The notes: generated by a model not told the origin, from the letters alone. Shown: positions 26,768 through 36,547, numbered from the stretch's first letter. The stretch is DNA of 43,399 nucleotides from Candidatus Aenigmatarchaeota archaeon (GCA_036171435.1 JAVHRC010000073.1:1-43399), one strand, 5' to 3'. Translations and numbers: made by a program.

Positions 26768-28612
26768 ATGAGAAGAAAAGCAGTACAGAAGCCGGAAGGC
26801 ACAAAAGAAAAGATTTTGAAGGCGGTGCCAGACACTTCAACAATAATAAACGGAAAATTGACAGAGTTCGCAAGCAAGGGCGACCTTGACGGCGCGGAAA
26901 TTCTGATTCCGCAGATAGTTATCGATGAGCTACAGGCGCAGGCGTCAAAGGGAAGGGATATAGGATTTATCGGTCTCGCGGAAATAAAGAAATTGCACGA
27001 GATGGCTGCGGAGCACAAGATAACTGTGAAGTTCATAGGCGAGAGGCCGAGCTACGAGGACATTCTTCTTGCAAAATCCGGAAGGATTGACGCGCTTATA
27101 CAGGATGTTGCGAAAAAGGAAAAGGCAACATTGGTAACATCAGACTTGCCGCAGGCGCTTGTGGCGGAAGCGGAAGGATTGCAGGTTAAATTTTTTGAAA
27201 GATACATGGTTGGCAAAAAAATAAAATTGCACGAGCTGCTCACGCCTGACACAATGTCCCTGCACTTGAAAGAAGGCGCGATTCCTTTTGCGAAAAGGGG
27301 AAAGCCAGGAGCAATGGAACTTGTGGCATTGAGCAAGACGCCTTTTACAGGCGATGAGATTGACTTCATCATAAAGGAGATTATGGAAGCGCTCCGCTAC
27401 GAGGAGGACACTTTCCTTGAGATTTCCGAGATAGGAACATCCGTCATCCAGTACAAGGACTTGAGGATTGCGATTGCGCGGCCTCCGTTTTCCGACGGAC
27501 TTGAGATTACTGTTGTAAGGCCCATAACAAAACTCTCGATTGCCGATTACAAATTGTCTGCAAAGCTGAAAGACAGGCTTATGAAAAAAGCGGAGGGTAT
27601 TCTGATAGCTGGGCCGCCAGGCTCGGGCAAAAGCACTTTCGCAGCTTCCATTGCGGAATTTTTCCTGAATGAAAAGAGGGCGATTGTAAAAACAATGGAA
27701 AGCCCGCGCGATTTGCAGGTTCCTCCGGAGATAACACAATACGCGCCGCTCAACGGGAGTTTCGTGAAAACAGCGGACATACTTTTGCTTGTAAGGCCTG
27801 ACTACACGATATTCGACGAGATTCGCAAGCCAAGGGATTTTGAGATATTCGCTGACATGAGGCTCGCAGGAGTTGGAATGGTCGGGGTTGTGCATGCTTC
27901 AAACCCGATAGACGCGGTGCAGAGGTTTATCGGAAAAATTGACTTGGGAATGATACCGCACGTCATCGATACCATAATCTTCATCCGCGACGGGAAGATA
28001 GAAAAGGTTTACGAGCTGGGGCTTGTTGTGAGAACTCCTTTCGGAATGACTGAAACTGATTTGGCAAGGCCTCTGGTTGAAGCGCGCGACTTTGAAACCA
28101 AGAAGCTGGAGTATGAAATCTATACGTACGGCGAGGAGAAGGTTGTAATACCGATAAAGGAGGAGAAAAAATACGCGCGCTCAAAGCTTGCTGAGGAAAG
28201 GGTCCTGCAGGAGATAAAGAAGTTCGACCCGCGCGCGGACATCGAGTTCCTCTCGGACAACAAGGTTGTGGTCCGGGTAAAGAACGAGGCGATAGCGAGG
28301 CTTATCGGGAAAGAGGGAAAAACGATTTCCGAGATTGAGAAAAGGCTCGGCGTGCATATAGAAGTGCAGCCTGCTGTTGCAACTCTCGGGAAGGAAGTTC
28401 GGTTTGAGGCGAGCGAGACCGGCGCCTACCTCGTCTTCAACTTCGACAAGAAAATGATCGGCAAGAACGCGAACATCTACATAGACAACGAGTATCTTTT
28501 CACCGCAACGGTCGGCAGGACATCGCAGATTCGCGTCAACAAGGACGCAGACTTGGGCAAGGCGCTGTTAAGGGCTGCCACGAACAAGAAAGATGTTAAG
28601 GTGTTTGTTTAA
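26768..28612 (+). CDS. PIN domain - PilT-like ATPase - KH domain protein (COG1855/PINA-type)
   Basis: N-terminal PIN-like segment (VPDTSTIINGKL...ILIPQIVIDELQ), Walker A GPPGSGKST, and a C-terminal KH domain (ARLIGKEGKTISEIEKRLGVHIEV). GGTGA lies upstream. Confidence 0.85.
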   Translation: MRRKAVQKPEGTKEKILKAVPDTSTIINGKLTEFASKGDLDGAEILIPQIVIDELQAQASKGRDIGFIGLAEIKKLHEMAAEHKITVKFIGERPSYEDILLAKSGRIDALIQDVAKKEKATLVTSDLPQALVAEAEGLQVKFFERYMVGKKIKLHELLTPDTMSLHLKEGAIPFAKRGKPGAMELVALSKTPFTGDEIDFIIKEIMEALRYEEDTFLEISEIGTSVIQYKDLRIAIARPPFSDGLEITVVRPITKLSIADYKLSAKLKDRLMKKAEGILIAGPPGSGKSTFAASIAEFFLNEKRAIVKTMESPRDLQVPPEITQYAPLNGSFVKTADILLLVRPDYTIFDEIRKPRDFEIFADMRLAGVGMVGVVHASNPIDAVQRFIGKIDLGMIPHVIDTIIFIRDGKIEKVYELGLVVRTPFGMTETDLARPLVEARDFETKKLEYEIYTYGEEKVVIPIKEEKKYARSKLAEERVLQEIKKFDPRADIEFLSDNKVVVRVKNEAIARLIGKEGKTISEIEKRLGVHIEVQPAVATLGKEVRFEASETGAYLVFNFDKKMIGKNANIYIDNEYLFTATVGRTSQIRVNKDADLGKALLRAATNKKDVKVFV

Positions 28613-28617
28613 AGTCT

Positions 28618-28645
28618 AAGAGGGTTAATTCCCTCTTTTTCTTAT
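28618..28645 (+). terminator. Hairpin plus T-tract after the PIN-ATPase gene
   Basis: AAGAGGG-TTAATT-CCCTCTT followed by TTTCTTATATTT. Confidence 0.45.
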
Positions 28646-28685
28646 ATTTATTAATCTGCATTTTAATATTCTTGTAGGTGAAATT

Positions 28686-29180
28686 GTGGCTAACAGCTCT
28701 CTTGTTGTTCTTGGCTTGTTGATGATTATCGGTATGTTTTTCTTCTCCAATGTTATGATAACACCGCAACAAAGAAGCCAAATAGATTTGGCAAATTCTG
28801 CATGCGGTTCCGCATTTGGAAAAATCGGCAGTGCCATAAGCGGACAAGTTGCAGAAGGTTGTCAGCAAGCGACTATATACAATCAAGTTCTTTCGCTATC
28901 GGGACCTGTTTATTTGTTTGGATTTATTTTATTGTTAGTAGGTTTAGTGATAGGAGGAAAGAAAGAAATTATAAGAGAAAGAGTTGTAAAACAACCCAAG
29001 ATTAGGCAACAAGCAAGGGAAGAGTCCGAAGAAGAAATAGATGAAGTAAATCCCAAAGTAAAAGAAGCTAAAGAATCAAACGAAGAAAAAACAAGAGAAA
29101 GCAAAAAATTAAAATTTTGCAGCGATTGCGGAGCAAAAGTTAAAGGAAAGTTTTGTCCAGACTGCGGTGAAAAGATATGA
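28686..29180 (+). CDS. Membrane protein with a C-terminal zinc ribbon
   Basis: Two hydrophobic helices, a Glu/Lys-rich linker, and FCSDCGAKVKGKFCPDCGEKI at the C-terminus. GTG start. Confidence 0.55.
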   Translation: MANSSLVVLGLLMIIGMFFFSNVMITPQQRSQIDLANSACGSAFGKIGSAISGQVAEGCQQATIYNQVLSLSGPVYLFGFILLLVGLVIGGKKEIIRERVVKQPKIRQQAREESEEEIDEVNPKVKEAKESNEEKTRESKKLKFCSDCGAKVKGKFCPDCGEKI

Positions 29181-29860
29181 AATACTGTAAAAACTGCAAA
29201 AAGGAATATCCTGAAACAAAGAACTTTTGCGAAGATTGCGGTGGCAAACTATCAAAGTTCATTGAACATTCAGAAACGCCTAAAAAACCAAATATAGAGG
29301 AAAAACAAAAAGAAATTTCTCATAAGAGAGAAATAAAACAAGATATTTCAAAAAATAACAGAAATATCATTATCGTTGCTGGGGGTGTTATAATACTGAT
29401 ATTTTTTATGTTCTATATATCTGGAGGTGGGGTAGTATCAAGCAGCACAGGCTCATCTTCTTCAAATCAGCTTTCAAGCAACACTTGTAGAGATGTTCAG
29501 GAAGCATACCAAGAGCAGGAAGCATACCAGACGCCTCTTTCTTATTCAGTATTATCAAGCTCTTTGAAAGAGGAATGGGACCTTCAAAAAGGATATTATT
29601 ATAGATACGATATTACAGTTTCAAACAGCGATGATAATGGCGGACAATTCACAGTAAATTTCGTATTGCAGACTTCAAAACACGGAACTTTGTCTGATTC
29701 TTCTACACAATATGTTTCCTCGCACTCTACACAAATATTTGAAAAAATATTTGACACTGATATGGGTGAACAAGTTTCTGGCACTCATTCCGTGGTGCCA
29801 CCTACAAAAACGGAGTATAGAACCGTAACGAAATACAGAACAGTTAGGAAGTGTGATTAA
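29177..29860 (+). CDS. N-terminal zinc ribbon - TM helix - extracytoplasmic domain protein
   Basis: MKYCKNCKKEYPETKNFCEDCGGKL, then IIIVAGGVIILIFFMFYI, then a Ser-rich linker. It overlaps the upstream gene by 4 nt. Confidence 0.55.
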   Translation: MKYCKNCKKEYPETKNFCEDCGGKLSKFIEHSETPKKPNIEEKQKEISHKREIKQDISKNNRNIIIVAGGVIILIFFMFYISGGGVVSSSTGSSSSNQLSSNTCRDVQEAYQEQEAYQTPLSYSVLSSSLKEEWDLQKGYYYRYDITVSNSDDNGGQFTVNFVLQTSKHGTLSDSSTQYVSSHSTQIFEKIFDTDMGEQVSGTHSVVPPTKTEYRTVTKYRTVRKCD

Positions 29861-30092
29861 TACGAAACTCTTAACCTGCAAAAAATGCGGCGCAGAGATA
29901 GGCGGGCACAACCGGTTTCTGCACGATAGGATGTGTGATGACTGCTTCTTTGAGGAATATTTTCCGGAAGAAAAGATAGAAGGTCAAGAAATTGTAAAAA
30001 CCGCGCTGAAAAGATTGAAGGGTTTAAAAGATGGAAAGGTAAAAGCTTTTGGAGAAAAAGAATTTAACAAACTGCTAAACAAAGAAAAATAG
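29853..30092 (+). CDS. Small zinc-ribbon protein
   Basis: CKKCGAEIGGHNRFLHDRMCDDC. It overlaps the upstream gene by 8 nt. Confidence 0.45.
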   Translation: MINTKLLTCKKCGAEIGGHNRFLHDRMCDDCFFEEYFPEEKIEGQEIVKTALKRLKGLKDGKVKAFGEKEFNKLLNKEK

Positions 30093-30131
30093 AGTTCTGT
30101 CGGGTGCCCACAAAACAGCAATCTTATAAAT

Positions 30132-31070
30132 GTGGTCACCCATAATAATCCCATGTATCTGGAGAAAAGGAAAGAGGGAAAGGGAATAAAGTATTATCTT
30201 GTCCATTCTTACAGGAAAGGCGGGGAAGTAAAGAAGATAAGGAGATATCTCGGCTCAGGCCTTTCAGGCAGGGAGCTTGAAGCCGCAAAAAAGCGCGCGG
30301 AGCAGGATATAAAGGAGATGCTGGAAAGCATTGAAATATTCAATTTCTCATTAACAAAAAGGCAGATTGAAAGGCTGAACAAATACGATGAAAAGATAAG
30401 GATTCACCATCTGGAAGGGCTGGACTGGAGACGCTTCACGGAGCAGTTTGCATACAACACAAACGCGATAGAAGGCTCTACCATACAGCTAAACGAAGTC
30501 CCGGAAATCCTGCACAAGAAAATAATAAAAAACTCGGAGGAGATGGAAACAAGAGGCGTTGCAAAAGCCGTCGAGTTCATCAGGAGTACAAGGGATGATT
30601 TGAGCCTAAGCCTGATAAAAAAGCTCCATAAGCTGTGCTTTGAGGGCTCGAAGCCGTTTGCAGGAGAGTTCAGGAAGACAGAGGTTGTGATAAAAAACGC
30701 GAAAGGCGAAATCGTTCATGCGGGAGCCCCCGCCTCCCGTTTGAATTATGTTTTGAATGACATGATTGGTTGGCATAAGAAGAACAAAAACAAGTTCAAA
30801 CCGCTGGTCTTGGCTGCGATAATCCATAACCAGTTTGAGCACATACACCCGTTTCAGGACGGGAACGGAAGGGTCGGAAGGCTTCTGCTGAACTTCATAC
30901 TTGTTAAAAACAAATATCCGCCGATAAACATCTCCCTGGAAGACAGGGCTGAATATTATAGCGCGTTGCAGGAGTATTCCAAAAAGCAGAACTTGAAGCC
31001 GACAATATTGTTCCTGATAAAACAATACAGAAAAACACTAAGGCAGGTGACCACAAAAAGGAAAAAGTAG
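30132..31070 (+). CDS. Fic-domain protein (AMPylase family) with an intramolecular inhibitory helix motif
   Basis: Fic motif HPFQDGNGRVGR. Upstream, TNAIEG fits (S/T)xxxE(G/N). GTG start at 30132, with an alternative ATG at 30153. Confidence 0.9.
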   Translation: MVTHNNPMYLEKRKEGKGIKYYLVHSYRKGGEVKKIRRYLGSGLSGRELEAAKKRAEQDIKEMLESIEIFNFSLTKRQIERLNKYDEKIRIHHLEGLDWRRFTEQFAYNTNAIEGSTIQLNEVPEILHKKIIKNSEEMETRGVAKAVEFIRSTRDDLSLSLIKKLHKLCFEGSKPFAGEFRKTEVVIKNAKGEIVHAGAPASRLNYVLNDMIGWHKKNKNKFKPLVLAAIIHNQFEHIHPFQDGNGRVGRLLLNFILVKNKYPPINISLEDRAEYYSALQEYSKKQNLKPTILFLIKQYRKTLRQVTTKRKK

Positions 31071-31089
31071 GATTGTGGTCACTTTTTTT
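31046..31089. terminator. Hairpin plus T7 tract shared by the convergent Fic and cdd genes
   Basis: GGTGACCACA (31046-31055) pairs with TGTGGTCAC (31074-31082) across an 18-nt loop, followed by TTTTTTT (31083-31089). Confidence 0.5.
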
Positions 31090-31543
31090 AATCGCTAACC
31101 TTTTCAGGCCAAGGATAAGGCATCAGTTCCGAGATTGGAACCTGCTTTATCCTGCCGTTCTCTTCTATGACTATGACAGTATCAATTCCAGACCTCAGGC
31201 TGCTCTCATAAATCAGCTGCTTGCAGATATGGCAGTTCGGACCGGTAATTGCTGATATCTCTTTCTCTCCGTGAATCGCGGCATGAGCCAGAGCGGTTGC
31301 TTCGGAATGCATTGTCAAAGTTTCCGTATCTGAACCGTATGAAACGCCGGTATAGATGTTTCCTTTCTTTGTCATTAACGCGACGGCAAAACCGTCTCCG
31401 CTTTTAGGAAATGTGTTTATCATGGCTTCTTTTGCGACTTTCAGCAACTTCTTGCATTCCTCTTCAGAAAGCACAAACAGTTTTTTGTTGCCAGAAATTT
31501 TTTCTATCATAGTTATCTTTTGCATAAACAATCTTTTAAACAT
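31088..31543 (-). CDS. cdd: Cytidine/deoxycytidine deaminase
   Basis: HSEATAL (zinc His/Glu) and GPNCHICKQL (PCxxC-type). The start is placed at the ATG preceded by GGGAGG. The longer ORF-track version (to 31951) overlaps the opposite-strand radical SAM gene. Confidence 0.8.
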   Translation of the reverse strand: MFKRLFMQKITMIEKISGNKKLFVLSEEECKKLLKVAKEAMINTFPKSGDGFAVALMTKKGNIYTGVSYGSDTETLTMHSEATALAHAAIHGEKEISAITGPNCHICKQLIYESSLRSGIDTVIVIEENGRIKQVPISELMPYPWPEKVSD

Positions 31544-31564
31544 TCTTCCTCCCAACTCTTTCCT

Positions 31565-32368
31565 ATGATAATCAAAGAAGTCAAAGCCAAGAGCATCATC
31601 ACGAAGTCGAATCTGCCTGACTCGGATTTTGTGATAAACCCTTATGTTGGCTGCGTGCACTCCTGCATTTACTGCTACGCTAGATTCATGAAGCGGTTTA
31701 CCGGGCACGAGGAGAAATGGGGGCATTTCATTGACATGAAAATCAACGCGCCCGAGCTGATTCCGAAAGGCATGAAAAAGTACGATGGCAAGAGCATTTT
31801 CCTCTCTTCCGTGACAGACGCGTACAACCCGCTGGAAAAGAAATACGGGCTTACGAGAAAGATTCTGGAAAAGCTGATTCCGCTGAGTCCTGCGCTGGGA
31901 ATCCTTACAAAGTCGGACTTGGTTCTGCGCGATATTGACCTGCTGAAGCAATTCAAAAGCTGCGAAGTCGGACTGACAATAACCTCGCTTGATGACAATA
32001 TCAGAAAAGAAATCGAGCCGTTTGCCTCGCCTCCTGAAAAAAGGATTGAGGCGCTGAAAAAGTTGAAACTGGAAGGAATAACAACTTACGTTTTCATCGG
32101 ACCGATTCTGCCGTTCGTGACGGATTGGAAAAAGATAATCGAGCGGACAAATGCTTTCGCGGACTTCTACATGTTCGAGAACTTGAATGTGCGCGGCTCA
32201 ATATGGCGCAGCATAGAAGTATGGCTGAAGGAAAAGCATCCCGAACTTCTGGAGAAATACAAAAAGATTTATTTTGCGAAAAACGATTACTGGGACAAAG
32301 TAGAGAATGAAATAAAGAAATTCTGCAAAGAGAAAAAGATTGACGGAAGGATTTATTTCCACCATTAG
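31565..32368 (+). CDS. Radical SAM protein, SplB/DNA-photolyase-like (COG1533-type)
   Basis: INPYVGCVHSCIYCYARFM (CxxxCxxC in the context typical of this family). The start is taken at the ATG at 31565 (MIIKEVKAK). Confidence 0.8.
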   Translation: MIIKEVKAKSIITKSNLPDSDFVINPYVGCVHSCIYCYARFMKRFTGHEEKWGHFIDMKINAPELIPKGMKKYDGKSIFLSSVTDAYNPLEKKYGLTRKILEKLIPLSPALGILTKSDLVLRDIDLLKQFKSCEVGLTITSLDDNIRKEIEPFASPPEKRIEALKKLKLEGITTYVFIGPILPFVTDWKKIIERTNAFADFYMFENLNVRGSIWRSIEVWLKEKHPELLEKYKKIYFAKNDYWDKVENEIKKFCKEKKIDGRIYFHH

Positions 32369-32377
32369 GCTTTATTC

Positions 32378-32611
32378 TTAAATATCTTCGCTACAGCCAG
32401 GACAGTATTGCTGATGCTTTTTCATGTTTTTCTGGTGTTCAAGCGTAGGCTCGAAACAATTGTCCAAGCCGCTCTTCCGATACGAGCACTTCAGGCTTGT
32501 TCCAGCAAGATTGCAAACTGGGTAATATTCACACTGGGGCGAGTTCATGTCTATATCTTCCACTACTATAACATTGCCAAAAGTCTTCGAAATGTTTCCC
32601 TGATTTACCAT
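32378..32611 (-). CDS. Hypothetical Cys-rich small protein
   Basis: 77 aa with seven Cys, including a C-terminal CPGC. No family was recognised. Confidence 0.4.
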   Translation of the reverse strand: MVNQGNISKTFGNVIVVEDIDMNSPQCEYYPVCNLAGTSLKCSYRKSGLDNCFEPTLEHQKNMKKHQQYCPGCSEDI

Positions 32612-32643
32612 ATAGCTACTTTAAGCGCTAAAAGGATTTAAGC

Positions 32644-35064
32644 TTATTGCGCAACATTCATCCTAATCTTCTCGCTAACGGAAATCTCATCGGCTTTTCC
32701 ATATCCTATCTCTTTCACTTTCATTGTTCCTTTTATGTCAGGCTCTACATACTTTAATTTCTCTTGCGTTTTCTTGTCGCAGTCGATAACAATCTTTTTC
32801 AATTCCGTATTCAGCGCGAGCTTGCGCGAGCTTTTGTACTGGCGAAGCGCAGAGATTACCTGCTTTGCCAGCTCGCCGATTTCCTCGCTTTTCTCGTCAA
32901 TCATTTTCTCGTCAAACTCTGGCCATTTTGAAATGTGAATGGAAACATCCTTTTCAGTTTTCCTGAAATAAATCTGGTAAAGCTCTTCCGTTATGTGGGG
33001 AATTATCGGCGCGAAAAGCTTCAGCAAAGCCAGCAAGGATGTGTAAAGAGTGTATTTTGCAGAATCATCGCCGCCCTCATACAATCTGTATTTTACCATT
33101 TCAAGATAATTGTCAGCAAACTCGCGCCAGAAAAATATTTCTGTTTCTGTTTTCGCGCGCCCGTACTCGCAGATTTTAAAATGCTCCGTGGAGAACTTAA
33201 CGAGTTTCGCCAATTTGCTTAACAGCCATTTATCCATTATTTTCAAATCCTTCGGTTTCTTGCCGCTCAAGTTCGGGCCAGCAAGCTTTGATGCATTCCA
33301 GAGCTTTGTCAAGAGCTTTTGCCCTGTCGCGACATCCTTCTCTTGGTATGGGAAATCCTCGCCCAAGTTGGCTGACGAGGACCAGAACCGAACAGCATCA
33401 GCGGAATATTTCTCCTTTACGGGAAGCGGCTCAACTATGTTGTCCTTTGACTTTGACATTTTCTTCCCATGCGGGTCAAGCCCGTGTCCTGAAATCATTA
33501 CAGTCTTCCACGGGACTTGATTTGTGTGCATGTAGCACTTTGCAATCGTGTAAAAAGTCCACGTCCTGATTATGTCATGCGCCTGCGGCCTCAGCGACAT
33601 TGGATATATTTTGTCCATTATCGAATCCTTCTCTTTCCATTTTCCGTTTATCAGCGGCGTGACAGATGACGTTGTCCATGTGTCCATCACATCCTTTTCA
33701 GGCTCGAAATCAGACGAGCCGCAGGAGCATTTCTTCTTTGGCTTTGAGTGAAGCGGGTCAACAGGCAAATCAGACTCGTCGGCAAGAATCGTCTCTCCGC
33801 ATTTTTTGCAAAACCAAACAGGAAAAGGAACGCCGAAAAATCTCTGCCTTGATATAAGCCAATCCGCATTCAATCCTTGAACCCATTGCTCATATCTTAC
33901 TTTCATATGGAAAGGATACCATGTTATCTGGTTTCCAAGCTCCAAAAACTTTTCCTTCATGTCAAGAATCTTTATGAACCATTGCACTGATATGAGAAAC
34001 TCGACTGGCGTTCCACATCGCTCATGGACGTTGACAACATGATTAATTTTCTCCTGCTTTTCAACCCTTCCCTCCTTCTTCAGGTCTTCGATAATCTGCT
34101 TTCTTGCTTCCTCCACTTTCAAGCCCTGATATTTTCCGGCATTCTCATTCAAAGTCCCGTTCTTTTTCATAACTTTGATTATCGGCAGGTTGTATTTTCT
34201 TACCCATTCAATATCATCAGCATCTCCGAATGTGCAATGATAGACGGCGCCTGTCCCGAATTCCATATCAACTGATTCGTTTGCATAAATCTGGACTTCC
34301 CTGTTGAAGAACGGTATTTTTGCTTTCTTTCCGATAAGCTTTTTATACCTTTCATCGTCAGGATGCACGAATATTGCAACACAAGCAGGCATGAGCTCAG
34401 GCCTCGTAGTGGCGATTGTTATGCTGTCTTTTCCAACATCAAATTTTATGTAACTGAAAAAAGATTCCTTCTCGCTGTCCTCAAGCTCTGCCTGAGCGAC
34501 TGCTGTCTGGCAAAGCGGGCACCATGTCACAGGTGCTTCTGCCCTGTAAATTCTTTTCTTGTTGTATAACTCCAAAAATGATTTTTGTGAAATTCTCTGG
34601 CTCAATGGATTGATTGTGCTGTAAAGCAAAGACCAGTCAACGGATATTCCCAGTTCTTTCCAAACTTTCCTGAAATCTTCCTCGCCTTTTTTCGTTTCTT
34701 GCAAACATAGCTTCACAAAATCCTGCCTTGGCATCGTGTTAGCCCTTACGTTCAGTTTCTTTTCCACATACCGCTCCGTTGGCAAGCCATTATCGTCAAA
34801 CCCCATAGGATAGAAAATATTGCATCCCATCATTCTCCAGAATCGCGCGACAAATTCTGCCTGGCTGTAGCTCATCGCATGCCCCATGTGAATCAGCCCG
34901 GATATTGTCGGGGGCGGCGTGTCTATCGAAAAAACCGGCTTCTTACTGTTTTTGTCAAAAGCGAATATCTTCTGCCCTTCCCAGAACTTCTGTATCCTCG
35001 GCTCGACCTCCTTCGGGTCATACCTCTCCGGTTTTTGTTTTTCTGAATTTTCCATAAAAATCAC
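32644..35064 (-). CDS. valS: Valyl-tRNA synthetase (class Ia aaRS)
   Basis: DTPPPTISGLIHMGHAMSY (HIGH region in the ValRS-type PPP context), WCPLCQTAVAQAE, and KMSKS (GKKMSKSKDN). The 806-aa size fits archaeal ValRS. LeuRS or IleRS is less likely, but I could not exclude them without an alignment. Confidence 0.85.
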   Translation of the reverse strand: MIFMENSEKQKPERYDPKEVEPRIQKFWEGQKIFAFDKNSKKPVFSIDTPPPTISGLIHMGHAMSYSQAEFVARFWRMMGCNIFYPMGFDDNGLPTERYVEKKLNVRANTMPRQDFVKLCLQETKKGEEDFRKVWKELGISVDWSLLYSTINPLSQRISQKSFLELYNKKRIYRAEAPVTWCPLCQTAVAQAELEDSEKESFFSYIKFDVGKDSITIATTRPELMPACVAIFVHPDDERYKKLIGKKAKIPFFNREVQIYANESVDMEFGTGAVYHCTFGDADDIEWVRKYNLPIIKVMKKNGTLNENAGKYQGLKVEEARKQIIEDLKKEGRVEKQEKINHVVNVHERCGTPVEFLISVQWFIKILDMKEKFLELGNQITWYPFHMKVRYEQWVQGLNADWLISRQRFFGVPFPVWFCKKCGETILADESDLPVDPLHSKPKKKCSCGSSDFEPEKDVMDTWTTSSVTPLINGKWKEKDSIMDKIYPMSLRPQAHDIIRTWTFYTIAKCYMHTNQVPWKTVMISGHGLDPHGKKMSKSKDNIVEPLPVKEKYSADAVRFWSSSANLGEDFPYQEKDVATGQKLLTKLWNASKLAGPNLSGKKPKDLKIMDKWLLSKLAKLVKFSTEHFKICEYGRAKTETEIFFWREFADNYLEMVKYRLYEGGDDSAKYTLYTSLLALLKLFAPIIPHITEELYQIYFRKTEKDVSIHISKWPEFDEKMIDEKSEEIGELAKQVISALRQYKSSRKLALNTELKKIVIDCDKKTQEKLKYVEPDIKGTMKVKEIGYGKADEISVSEKIRMNVAQ

Positions 35065-35582
35065 TTATCAAAATTGTAAATCTCTTTGCTAATCCATGGA
35101 ACGAGCGCGCACTTTACCGCATCCTTCAGCAAATCGTCTCTCGATATCAAATTATTTGACAAAATTTTTATAGCACCGCCTTCATGCTTTATGTTTTTTG
35201 TCTTGAAATATTCGTCTGCCACAGTTCCGAATTCCTTCCCTGACAAAATCTCTTTTTTGAAAATTTCAGGCAGCTCAAATATCGGCTGCGAGCCGATGGA
35301 ATATCTTCCTGTTTTATCCATTATCACGCAGTAAGCTGTATTGCAGAGTTTTCCTTTTATCTCATACGTCCCAGCTTCTATTCCTACGCCGAAATCGTTT
35401 CCTTCATGAACTGCTTTTGCCCTGTTTATGGCGCCTTGAAGTATTTGCTCTTCTTTCGGCTGCGCGGGAACTCCGCTGTCCGCGTCTTTTGGGAAAATCT
35501 GAACATCTTTGAAAGCGAGCTTAAACATCTCTTCCACAGCCCTGACTTTGGACGGGTTCTTCGTGGCTATTCCTACTTTCAT
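35061..35582 (-). CDS. Non-canonical purine NTP phosphatase (YjjX / inosine-xanthosine triphosphatase family)
   Basis: MKVGIATKNPSKVRAVEEMF...SGVPAQP...GVGIEAG matches the DUF84/YjjX signature. It overlaps the valS start by 4 nt. Confidence 0.8.
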   Translation of the reverse strand: MKVGIATKNPSKVRAVEEMFKLAFKDVQIFPKDADSGVPAQPKEEQILQGAINRAKAVHEGNDFGVGIEAGTYEIKGKLCNTAYCVIMDKTGRYSIGSQPIFELPEIFKKEILSGKEFGTVADEYFKTKNIKHEGGAIKILSNNLISRDDLLKDAVKCALVPWISKEIYNFDK

Positions 35583-35605
35583 ACTATCATCAATTGAATT
35601 GATTC

Positions 35606-36412
35606 ATGTATCTATTTAAATTTAGCCATAAAATCCTTGTTATGAACTTTGATTTGCTTGGAATATGCTTTGACAGGACGCAGACGTGCAGGAAAGGCGC
35701 AGCGAAAGCTCCAGCCCTGATAAGAGGCATTTTTCCAAAACTGGAAACGTTTGTTTCCGGGATTGACTTGGCTGAAAAGGCGTTCATGAACGATATGGGA
35801 AACATAAAGCCGAAAAATATGGAAATCATGATTGAAGAAGCAAAAGCGAAACTGGAAAATACAAAAAGCTTTCCAATAATTCTCGGCGGAGAGCATACGA
35901 TAAGTCTGGTTGGAGTAAAAACGCTGCCGCAGATAAAGTCGTTTGTGAGCTTTGATGCGCATCCCGACTGCGAAAATTCAGAGAAACACGACGGTGTTGT
36001 GAGAAATATCGCAAAAGAAATCGGAGAAAAGAATGTTTATCTTTATGGCATACGGTGCTGCTCAAAGGAGGAGAATGCTTTCCTGAACAATTCAACAATC
36101 AATATTGTAAAAAACCTTTCAGAATTGAAAAAAATTCCCGCTCCTGTTTATCTTTCAATTGACTTTGATGTTTTAGACACTTCAATACTTCCGACCGTCG
36201 GCAATCCCGAACCGGACGGGTTGAGTTTTAAGGAAGTTATGGAAGCGGTAAGAATTCTTGCGCCGAAGCTCACGGCTGTTGATTTCGTGGAGTTCACGCC
36301 ACTTGGCATAAAGGAGCTTGACGAAATTTATGCAATGATTGCTGGAAAGATGGTTTATGCTACTATGGCGGAGATTGTTAAGGCAAAAGAGAACCGGCAG
36401 CATATTCGATAG
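35606..36412 (+). CDS. speB: Agmatinase / arginase-family ureohydrolase
   Basis: Mn-binding blocks GGEHTISL, SFDAHPD and LSIDFDVLD. A possible later start is at 35642. Confidence 0.85.
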   Translation: MYLFKFSHKILVMNFDLLGICFDRTQTCRKGAAKAPALIRGIFPKLETFVSGIDLAEKAFMNDMGNIKPKNMEIMIEEAKAKLENTKSFPIILGGEHTISLVGVKTLPQIKSFVSFDAHPDCENSEKHDGVVRNIAKEIGEKNVYLYGIRCCSKEENAFLNNSTINIVKNLSELKKIPAPVYLSIDFDVLDTSILPTVGNPEPDGLSFKEVMEAVRILAPKLTAVDFVEFTPLGIKELDEIYAMIAGKMVYATMAEIVKAKENRQHIR

Positions 36413-36547
36413 AAGTATCAGTATCATATGGGCTTTTCCAGTTGCCTCTTACCGCACCCGGACTTAGAAAATACGCCTTCGTTATTTCTTTCAATAAATG
36501 CATCTGCTTAACAGTCGAAGGATTCAAACCCATATTATTCACTCTAT

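Noticed and set aside
27140-27895. 251-aa reverse-strand ORF
   Set aside because: It is antisense to the PIN-ATPase-KH gene and has no motifs.
31544-31951. N-terminal 136-aa extension of the cytidine deaminase ORF (ORF track 31088..31951)
   Set aside because: It is Arg/Gln/His-rich without motifs. It is fully antisense to the well-supported radical SAM gene. An internal ATG with a GGGAGG site gives a normal-length deaminase.
36495-36535. T-arm-like string GGATTCAAACCC in the agmatinase/PRC-barrel intergenic region, considered as a possible tRNA fragment or att site
   Set aside because: No acceptor, D or anticodon arms can be folded around it on either strand, and there is no matching duplicate of any tRNA 3' end in the window.
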